Part shown: positions 22,361 to 32,279 of the stretch, in pieces | Layout: every line of letters starts with the position of its first letter | Position numbering within the stretch: the first letter of the stretch is position 1 | NCBI GenBank assembly: GCA_011109175.1 | Contig: RDEW01000073.1 | Span: 59,662-92,661 of the forward strand | Direction of reading: 5' to 3' | Length of the DNA stretch: 33,000 nucleotides | From: Dicyema japonicum | Taxonomy: Eukaryota > Animalia > Dicyemida | The notes under the pieces: model-generated | Told to the model about the DNA's origin: nothing | The model's database searches: none | Seen by the model: the letters and a program-made list of their open reading frames with translations, nothing else | Translations under genes and position numbers: made by a program

Positions 22361-24905
22361 TTAGGGAACGACCAAATCAGGAACAGATCTGTTTCCCAAT
22401 CGTTCACATTGCTGCTGAGTCAGAGTTATTGGTCGTATCTCCACTTGTCTCTGTAACGAACTCCCAAACACTTGTTTGCTATCACTCATGTTTTGCATCC
22501 TCCTACGAAGTTGAGCCTGTTCCCTCATTCTCTTTCTGTCCTGTAGGTCATTCGCCCGTCGTTTGAATACACTGCATAATTTGGCTCCACAATGCTCATT
22601 CGTGCATTCTAACAGGTGGGTCTCGTATATCCTGCCCAGACACTTACACAGTCTACACGTAGTCCTGCTCTGACAGACATTATTGAAATGGTGAGGTAAC
22701 AAATGCTCCTTATACTGAATACACAACACACGTGTGCATGTAGAATCATAACAAAATAGAGTGTGGGACACATTCCCTCTAAAGTCATCTATTTCGGGTC
22801 GAGTCTGTGAGGGGGCATGGGCTCCAACTTCAATGAATCCGTGAGGATGTGACACCGTCTTATAGCACTGTTGACACAAATCAAAGTCCTTGCATCTATT
22901 ACAGCAGACCGTATCTGGGATATCTGAATGTGACAGTTATGACAGTTGTAGGAAAAGAAATGTTTGTGCAGTTCTATCACAAAGGCTTGAGTGGAAAAGA
23001 GAGCTCTTCTTAGAGTCGAGAATTCGTAGTTCCTTTCTCTACAGAAGGTTAGGAAGGCATCCCGACTGTCCACTAGCTCACAGAATAGCTCAGGGTCAGG
23101 GTCACTTATGTTGGTTAAGTGGCAATTTAGACGACTAGAGTGAAGTTCAATCACAAAGAATCCATTCCTGTTCTTCTCCAAAGTCCCCAATAAGTCCTGA
23201 TGAGTGGCATCCTCCTCCAATCTAAGAGGCCAAAAGTCGCCATCCATATAAGGGATTTGTGCGGGGGAGGTGATCCCATTATCATGAGCACAGGCATAGA
23301 TATCCTAAATAAAGACATATTCCACCTGGTACGAACGAATAGCTTTCTGATTAATTGCATTATTAAGCATAATTTTGTACCATTCTATCAGTTTCTTAGC
23401 CGTAGGGGTCTTCTGTTCGAAGGGGTGACAGTAAAATATGTAGTCGTCTCTATCACCAGGGGGACACGCCCATATGTGTACCCAGGCGTAACTTATATAA
23501 CCTTAATCGATACCCCAGTTTGCGGACGTAATCCATGTATGATATCAACAGTTCGTGGAACACCCGGGTACGGAGGAACTTTGGGTGGAAGAAGTGGATG
23601 GAATCGAGGTAGGAGATGTAGACACGACTACAGTAATATGTCCAACAACTACCGTTTATTGGGTTCAGGACACTCAGAGTTGTACTCCTGTGTGTGGAAG
23701 GCAAAGAAACATAGTTCAGAGTTCTCCCTTACTTGGAAGGCATACACCGTTTTGGCTCGATAGGGAAGTTTAACCCCCAGCAACTCCTTCATCCGGGGTT
23801 TTATTTCGCACTCTTTCGACACACATGACAGAACACGCACGTGGATGGTCCCACAATCGATCCCACTGCTCTCAGAACGTAGAAAGGCGTTCACTCTATC
23901 CTCAATGTAAGCCCCTAACTGTGTCTGAGGGATGTCTAGGAATTAAACTGGGGGTTACTTTTTACTGAAAACTTTGTCGGAGTTCCACAACGTGTACTCA
24001 GTGGGGTACAGCTCCTCGTGGTATAGACACACACCTGGTGAAACGAACGACCACACTCTCCACAGTCCACCATCAATTCGGGGTCACGGACGTTGTTCTT
24101 AGAAAGAACAAAGTTCTCCTTGGGGATTGGACTGTCAGCAGCCACAACCCCCTCAGCCGCATTATAGCACCTTAACACAGCACACCTGCTCTCCACAAAC
24201 ATAGTAGTCGGCCTCCCCTCCAATTTGACAACTCAGGGGAGTACAACAGTAAAGGACTTTAAGGTTGTATTGATACTTCTTGGAACAACAGTAACCGAGG
24301 GACTTCATAACAACCTCAGCCTCCTGATAGAACTTTGCGGACAACTTTAATAAGTAAGGGACCGACCCTTTGAGCACATCTGGTCACGTTGTTCTTTGGA
24401 CCATTGTAGAGACGGGCGTTGGAGAATATTAGGTCCACAGTCTCGATCAACTCCCAACCGCTGGAATAGGACCGAGCACGTGCTGTGGATATGTCCATTG
24501 GGTTTTTGATAACTGAGTAATAGTCTTCCGCGAAATCCTTGATAGGATCAACGGGATAACGGAACGGAATTGAGTCTGAGCCGGAATTCCAGAGCATGTC
24601 GAAGACGGGGTCAAATGCCTCTTTGATCTCCGCCGGTGTGATTTCTAAGTGAGAAAAACCGTACTTTTGCATCCCCGCGAACTAGAGCCAGTAGGGCGTT
24701 CCTGTACTCTACCTTGAATAATTAATAGAAGGTACTCTGGATGAAACTGTAGTGAATATTTGTTTTTCTTTAGACGACACCCAGTCACCGCGAACCCTCT
24801 CCACACTACTTGATTACTGCCTCTATACAGCCACTTGACGCACTCCTCCCGTTCGAGAGCACTTATTATTGGTTCCTTCTGACAATCCTCATTTGAAGAG
24901 TCCAT
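22361..24905 (-). CDS. CBP: Miniaturised CBP/p300 (KAT3) histone acetyltransferase: short KIX - bromodomain - RING - PHD - HAT - ZZ - TAZ2, about 790 aa after splicing and indel correction
   Basis: Introns at 24806-24828 (23 nt), 24713-24735 (23), 24645-24664 (20), 24345-24366 (22), 23936-23958 (23), 23628-23652 (25), 23492-23513 (22) and 23305-23325 (21). Motifs include SIPFRYPVDP, KNPMDIST, NARLYN, VMKSLGYCC, CGRSFHQVCV, RRVYISYLDSIHFF, HIWACPP, LIEWYK, GDFWP, EFSTLRRA, CKDFDLCQQCY and QAQLRRRM. Single-base indels are needed near 24670, 24172 and 22908, plus a compensating pair near 24026/23990. The 3' end is uncertain. Confidence 0.95.
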
Positions 24906-25479
24906 TAAATTCTTTTTATTATTTAATAAAACACCGACACAACAAAACACTAAAATTATGAATTTATTATGTAAATTTTATTATTTTTGAATTTATAACT
25001 TTTATTCAAAATTAAATTTGATAATTTTACCTACCATTTAAAAATAAATATATATAAAAATCAAATTACACTAGGAACGTCAGATTATATTTAGAAGTCT
25101 GTCCAGGATAATATAAGAAACCTTCCCCTTATTAGAGATTAATCCTGTATTCCAAGGCCAACTGCAGAAGGAAACCTATAGACACCAGGATTACTCAATT
25201 TAGACGTTACTCTTATCTTTTTGTGGTTTATGAGTTAATAATTTAAATTTTTTAAGACGATTTTTATTGACCTTAAAAATTCAAAAAATTGACCTTTATT
25301 GACTGTAAACCCATTTTATCTGCTAAATGAAGATGAGAAGAGGTTAATAAATATGCTAATAAAACAACTTGAGTACAAATGCGTGTATTAAGTCTTCCGC
25401 CTGTATAATTGACGCGGTATTAATTCTCACGATGGCTATCGAGATCAAACGGAGGTCAACTGGGTTTCGTTGACGTCAT

Positions 25480-26040
25480 TGCCTTTGAGTGCCTCCTGAC
25501 ATCCCAGATTCTTGAGAAAAATAAAGACTTTCTGCCTATTTCTCTAGTTTCCTTGAAAGCAATTCTACAGAACATGAGCCGTCTGTGACATTTCTACGAC
25601 GGAAAGGGTCTTTATCACTCTCCTGCTGATGTTATTAAAAGATAGGGAGTCGACACAGATGCCGTCTCATACTAATGGCTTCTCCTCGAACGGAAAGTTA
25701 TGATTCCGTTTGGTTTTTGGTCTCCCCGGTCCAGGTCAGCGGGCTCCAACGTGGAAGGGTATCTAGCAGACTCCAGTGCACGCTTTACGATATTATGTAA
25801 TGAATTATATCTCCCCCCCCCCCGCTTCTTGGGTAAGAAAGAGCATTTTATCCGTAGGCACCTCGCTTCCACCGAATTAGTAATGAAATGCTTTATATAT
25901 TTTCAATCTCAGTCAAATAGAAATCTCGATGCGAACTGTAGCATTGTCGAGATGGGTACCAATACTTCCGATCCCTCGAATCTGTCAACCACTAAACAGG
26001 GCGCCGGTATTGATTCGAGCTTTAAGTGGTATCTTTAATA
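25480..26040 (-). mobile_element. CRE-clade non-LTR remnant (endonuclease region)
   Basis: IGTHLDNATVRIEISI and GRYNSLHNIVKRALESARYPSTLEPADLDRGDQKPNG, the degenerate RH..LN..IKRAL..A..PS.LEP..L.R.D.KRPDG motif. Confidence 0.8.
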
Positions 26041-26976
26041 TACCTTCACATATGATTTTGTAAGTCTTTCTGCTCTGACGACCAAACTTCAAAGTACCTC
26101 GAATTGCTTATCTCCGATTATTCCGTAGGAAGGTGAAGAAACATCTTACTCAACAGCTAACTGGAGTTCAGAGAAGAGACTAGATCTGTCCCAAAGAGGT
26201 TTGGTAAAATTGGTTGGTCCCATCCTTGATAACCGAATGTGACATTCGAGAAACATTAGAACAGAAAATGAGCTAATTCTCGCAAAAACAATGCCCACGT
26301 GGTTCAGGAACAAGTCTTCTTCCATATATTTATTATTTCATATGAATCATCCCCGAATATAAATTTTTATTGGCTCCACTACCTAGATCGAGTTTCACAA
26401 GAATCATCTCATCACTTCACGTACTCCTTATGAATTGCTCAGACGTGGTGCTCCATTGCTGTCGTTTCCTGACCTGTTCTCTTAATGGTAGCCTTTATGA
26501 GGGGAATTCGTGACTTTTCTGGATGTCTGTCCCCGAACATGAGTCGAAGCTTTCCTAACTCGGGAAGTTTTCCCAATTTTGTGATCCTACGGTCACAATA
26601 CAAGTTTACACAGTATAATTGAACGTTCGGATTCGTCTCTAATCCCTTTCTGCCTCCCAAAGGACCACAAGAAGGTCTATCTCTTATCTTGTCCCGGTCC
26701 ATCTTTGATTTCTGCGCCACATCAGATACATGTGACTTGACTCTAAAAACGTCCCTTTTGTTGTCTAAAGCGTCCCATTGATTTCTTTAACTTGAAGTGA
26801 CTGGGGGTAAATAAATAATTGTATTTTCGCCATTATTTCTCAAATTAAAAGGAAAAGGAAGACTTCAACAGGTGAGATCCATTTAAGGAAGGAAGTCAAG
26901 TATGAGGAAGGAAGTAGTGAAGCAACCAAATTTGTAGTAAAAAATTTTAAAAAAGTAACTTTATTTAAAAAATTTA

Positions 26977-27257
26977 TTAAAAATTAAAAATAGAATTATA
27001 ACGTCTATTGATGACCGTTTTCATTTTTTTAAGCATTATTTGTTCCGTTATCTGTTTTTGCTTCAGTGAGTCCGCTTCCAATGCTGCTTCTTTGCATGAC
27101 AAGAAAATAAATTTTCGGACGACTCTATCAACAGCTTTTATAGACTTTGTTGAGACGGTCACATCTTTTTAATTTTCTTAACATTTTGGTAGACTAAATC
27201 TGGTAAGGTCAAACTCTTAGTTTTTTCGTTCAACGAATTCGCCGGTTTGCAGTCCAT
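26977..27257 (-). CDS. Divergent histone-fold protein (H2B/CENP-W/CENP-X-like), 93 aa, one frameshift in an A-run
   Basis: ATG at 27257. Adding one A in the run at 27166-27170 gives MDCKPANSLNEKTKSLTLPDLVYQNVKKIKKDVTVSTKSIKAVDRVVRKFIFLSCKEAALEADSLKQKQITEQIMLKKMKTVINRRYNSIFNF*. This aligns without gaps to the H2B fold (VYKVLKQVHPDTGISSKAM...EASRLAHYNKRSTIT), 13/66 identities by hand. Confidence 0.7.
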
Positions 27258-28479
27258 TACGGTAATTTGCGTGAAACACCCTTTAATAGACGCAATCTTG
27301 ATTCGTTAACCGTTTATTTCCGTAAATAACGTTAATTGATTTTTTGCTCAGTACTTTAGCGGTCCTGGGCTTGATTCCCCCACTGGTTACTTGATTAAAG
27401 GCTTCCTTCTCTTATGGTCCTTATCTTCTCTTGTTTAGTATAGTATCATCATGTGATCAATTTGTGTCAGGTGACGCCTCGTGCTATGAAACACTAAAAT
27501 GGACCATTTGCTCTCCCCCACTCCATTAAAGGGCTCCCACAACTTCAAGGACTTGATGCTTTATTCCCTTTTCACTGGTTATCGATAGAATTGCATGATG
27601 TAGTAAGGTCTCTCTGACTTCTCCACCGTGGGAACTAGGCTTATAATGTCATCGACTTTGTCAACTCGTCCATGGTCACGAGAAAAAATGATAAGGCCTT
27701 CATATTGAAGATTTACATCTCCACCTCAACCTTCCGATCAATTAACCCTAGCTTTACTAACATGGAGGGAGTTGATAACACGAGTCACTTCATGTCGCTT
27801 TCAAGGATCTTTCACAATGACATCAGGTTTTCCAAAGACACAGTTATGTATTATTTTCCTCCAGGTTTGATTATTTGAGGGATCTTTTCTGAGGTCAATG
27901 AAGGTTCTGCGGATGTGTTGCGGTTTTTTGATTCAAAAAGTGGGAAAGTCCAGTGTTTTGGATTGAGAGACTGGTGGAGATAGTGTAGGATTCAAATTTC
28001 TTTTTGATCTCCCAATGGGAGGATCTTTGTCTCCCAGTGCAAGTGGTCAACAGGTGTGGGATCTCTTGTTCCAATTTTTGCAAGATACTGAGTGATGGAA
28101 CAATAATTTAGTCTCTGATGGCTCGTTGTACCTGTCTTCTTATGGTTCAAGCTCCTGGAAAATCGAGCGGGTAATCCGAGGACCGCATTTCGAAGCAACG
28201 GGAAGATCAAAGCATGAAATACGTAAGACTGAAATTCCTGTCCACTTAATCTGCTAGGTCCTTCAGCCTACCTAAGGGTTCATTCTATTCTCTCTTATCA
28301 ACTCAATGATGAAGATCTTGATCAACTCAATATACCAATCTAGAGACATAATTCGGAAATATGTCCAGGTTGTTTCAAGGGAGATTATATTTAATGGGAA
28401 GATCAGACGTGCCACACTAAACAACAGTTAAGTCTTAGATGCAAATCCTGTGCTTAAGGTGAGCATCAAGGTTTCATCT

Positions 28480-29410
28480 GTCTAAAATTAGGCCGATAGA
28501 GCGTAAGGGACCCTACTTTTCGAATACACTTGAATTGGAATGACAAAGGATGAGCTCATTGATAATCTTGGGACTATTGCCATTTCTCCCACTTGGAGGT
28601 TAAACAGCTTTCCAAATCTGGCGAAGACTATGAGGGCGATTGGGAAATTGGTATGGGATTTTATTCCTCTTTTCTCGGTTTTCCGCTATCTTAATATGTG
28701 TGGTCATTCAAAGTCCAACGACAGTGGCTTTCAAACTCTTCTAACTTCAATGTAATGAAAGACCCTCGTGGGAACACTTTGGTAAGAGGAATGCAAATTA
28801 TTCTATGCATGAAGGAAGAATCAAAGCATTTTTGAACACTTAAAAGCTGAGGGAACTGATCGAAAAGTATAGTCAGTTTATAAGCTCCCCCATTTACTTG
28901 TAAGGGAAGAGATCGTTGTCTCATATATTTCACCCAAGGACAAGTCATCAGAACAGATGATTGGATCGTGGAATTATGCAAACCCATGAATCTCCTTGGT
29001 TCCTAAGGTTCTCAAATTTATAATAATCAAGTCCCTCTGAGGTTTCAGAGTTGGAAGGTGATATTTCGTCTTCTGCTCTGGTTTATGTACTATCCACCGT
29101 ATTTATCAATACTGAACAAACCAGGGAGTAAAACTAAATCATTTTTGGGTTTCAGCAATTTATATTCTCTTCAGCTCTATACACGAAGAATCTTCATCAC
29201 GGATTCCTTTGGACCCGATGAGTTTATGCCTACATTGAGTTTATAAAATTCCTGGTAATTGTTGTCATTCGAAGATTTTCCTTTGAGTGTCTCCCGAGAA
29301 GCAAATTACTTAAGCTTATCAAATGGAAGCTCAGAAAGAAGATCCTCGATTTGTTAAATCAGCGAAGGAAGACGACCAGCAGAAGATTTGGGAGGCTTTT
29401 TGGAATAGCC
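28480..29410 (+). pseudogene. HSP90B1: Decayed Hsp90-family gene, Grp94/endoplasmin-like
   Basis: IGMTKDELIDNLGTIA, GFYSSF, DPRGNTLVRG, ELIEKYSQF, LYTRRIFITDSF and PLSVSRE. DPRGNTL and FITD are Grp94-type. It has frameshifts and internal deletions, retains tiny introns at 29008-29031 (24 nt) and 29149-29174 (26 nt), and ends at a gag-like remnant. Confidence 0.8.
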
Positions 29411-29419
29411 GAGGATGAA

Positions 29420-30400
29420 CATAATAGGAAATGATTGTCCGAAATCATTCGATTCCCAAGTTCTCTGGACCCAAATCAGCTCACAACGAAAAGTCGAATT
29501 TCAGGCTGTGGACCCACCTCAACCAATGGAGACTAAATCTGCACTCCCGACGACAGTATGCTGGACTACTGTAGGAAGGAAGTGGAAGTCTGCGGTTTTG
29601 GGATAACCGCAAAACGTGTTGGATTCGGGTCAAGAAACCGCAAGTGGCCCTAAGAAGCCATTTGTAATCCCGAATCTTTCCAGAAGGCACGAGCCAAAGA
29701 GGAACTTCAAGGATCAGGTAAAGATGGGACCTACTACAATAGTGAGGCTGGAGGTCCCGAAACTGGAGTCGGTAGTGAAGCGTAGAGAATCCCAGTTGTT
29801 ACTGGGGTTCACAAAGGAGGAAGACGCCTCAGCTTTTGAAGCTGAGGTGAATAAAAAGGTACCTTTTGGGACCGGGACCTATTCATGTCACGGGTCACCC
29901 CTAATGCGAGTGACTCGGTTGTACTAGTCTTCTGAGTCCCTCTGAACTTCGTTAATGAAGATGTACTGAGAAGATCAAACAGGACTTACTCTCGGCACAC
30001 AAGATTGAGCGTTTCACAAGTGGGAAAAGGAAACTACAGACCATGAAGGTCTTGTTACGTTCTGATTCTGAGGCAGAAAGGATCTGTCTTGAAAAAGTAC
30101 GTATTGGTTACTTTAGGTTCGGTCTGGTAAAAGAGCGACCCATACCAATCCAGTACTACAGATGCCAAGGATTCGGCCACATCAGCTTCCGCTGCACTTA
30201 TAAAGAGAAGTGCCTAAATTGCGAGGCCCACATTCGCGGAAGGCCCGTCAGTCAAAAGACAGGTCTCTCAAGTGCGTGAACTGTGGTGAGTAAAAACACA
30301 GGGCGAGCCATACAAGATCCCCCTGTATCAGAAAGCATCGGATAAGGTACTGCACCCTCCTCTGGGATGATTAGTGATGAAGCACTATCCATCGCATGGT
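29420..30400 (+). mobile_element. LINE ORF1 (gag-like) remnant with CCHC zinc knuckles
   Basis: PIQYYRCQGFGHISFRC..KEKCLNCEAH followed in another frame by KCVNCGE, a triple zinc-knuckle arrangement. Upstream reading frames are broken. Confidence 0.78.
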
Positions 30401-30699
30401 AAAAGGTTATCGCAGCACTACCAAATCTTTTTTCCCTAATGCTTTTAGGGATATCACATTGTGCTACAGGAGAGAGAAGGTACAAAGATGATGCCGACGT
30501 CAGGTCCCTCCAGAGGAAAAGGAAGACTCTTGAGATCTTTTCGATACCCTGGAGGTCGACATCATGGTCCTCAACGAGACTAAGTGTAAGGATTCGGCTG
30601 CTTCAGACTTTAAAGGCTATACTAGTTGCCATCTCTTGGAACGATTACTAGTATCTACTGGAGGACGAATCTCGCAGCATTTGTCCAAGGTACTTCACC

Positions 30700-31900
30700 C
30701 TAACCCCATTGCGAACTTTTAATACGCTTAGGCTTCCCTGTTATTTGGTTATCATTGGGGCAATGTATATCCAAACAGTCGTGCTTTTGTAAGGATCACA
30801 TTAAGGCGTTATATTCGGAGATCTTAATTATAAGCATAATGATTTTGGCTGCGTTAATAACAATACAGGAGATCGGCTCTTCTCAGCCAAATTTCACGAG
30901 ACTCAGTTTAAAAAATTAACAATTGACATCTGTTCGAGAGCAATCTTGGTATCCAAAAAATAAAGTTTCCTTTCAACATTACATTTCGAAAGACAAATAA
31001 AATTCCAGATACCACACATTGTCGAAAGCTTTGGATATACCAAGGCAAGCTACAGTCAAACTTGCTTTACTTTTCAAAGCCTTCACAATTGACGCGTTAA
31101 TACTGTACAAACAATTTCCACAAGACCGACTTTTGCGAAAACCTCACTGGTGATCATTTAATGAATCATTACGTTCTAAGTGTTCAGAGATTCTGTTAAG
31201 CACAATTCTTTCCATAATTCTTGAGATTGTTGGTATAAGGTTTATGGACCTGCAACTGAATGTTAAGTATCTAGGTTACCCAGATTTATGTATCATCCTG
31301 GCCTCCGTCAATTTCCAATGGAAAGGTATATGACCCAACCTGATACTGCAAGACATCTCAGATATTCATAGAGTGCCCGGAGTGATTCCTTGAACAAACG
31401 CATAGCGATTTTGTCCTTTCTATGAGCATTGTCTTTATGAATTTTCAACTTCGGCAGTTATAGGGCTGTAACGTAGTGGTAAAGAACTATGACTTATTTC
31501 AGCTTTTCTTTTAGAGAACTGAGGGCCAAACGAGACAGGGCTCTTCAGGGTTAACCTGCTGTATTTTTGAATGTTCGTCCCCAAACAGGTTAGGATACAG
31601 GAGACCCATCATGTTTTTGCAACAATGGATTCTTTTTTGGATATACTTCCGCTCACTCTGTTACAAAATGCGTGAAGATGAGGTCTTGCTAATCTTGTAT
31701 TGTTTTTTTAAACAGTTTTTTACCCGAGTCAACCAGGTGCCAATAGACAGTTAGATTGCTATAATTAGTCCCTCTTTTCCAAATCCAGGACGCAAGTGGC
31801 AGTTTATGGAAAGGTTGTGGTGGCAGCATACATATATCGCACTAAATGTTTACTTAGCTCATTGGTGGGTGAAAGGCCCTTGTCTACCTTCTCGTAATTT
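30700..31900 (-). mobile_element. Degenerate LINE ORF2 (RT) remnant
   Basis: Minus strand reads GHIPFHWKLTEARMIHKSG*P...SCRSINLIPTISRIMERIVLNRI, then *GFRKSRS and LDISKAFDNVWY. Boundaries approximate. Confidence 0.85.
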
Positions 31901-32279
31901 TGGACGAGGTGAAGCACTCAAGAGGCATCGGGAACATGAAGTTTGAACGAGGGAAGCATCTGATGAGACAGAGTATTCCCACGTGTTGGGTCACAATTAT
32001 ATTATTTTGCATGATATCTACCTCAAGCGAGCTTAATTCAAAAAATTGTCAAATTTGAAAATTTATAATTAAAACGGAAGCACATCTCCCATATAATACC
32101 GCGTGCTCGTTGATGGTTCCTGAGGATCATCAATATGCGCCTGAACTTGAGCCCCAAAAGATGACCCGAGTCGAATGGCTTGAGTAGGTGGATGCTTCGA
32201 GGATTAAGATTCAAACGACGAAAATTGCCAAATTAGGAAATTAGTAAGATTTATAGTAGTCTGTTCCGTTTATTCAGAA

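Noticed and set aside
21500-22407. Short ORFs downstream of CBP, including 22150-22407 as a possible extra CBP exon
   Set aside because: No NCBD or other recognisable similarity, and no splice path could be supported without transcript data.
23200-23763. 187-aa plus-strand ORF, the longest in the track
   Set aside because: It is an antisense shadow of the CBP HAT exons with no independent homology. The same applies to 22324-22566, 22890-23138 and 23555-23773.
24160-27170. Euplotes-style programmed ribosomal frameshifting
   Set aside because: The shifts go in both directions and share no AAA-stop or slippery heptamer motif.
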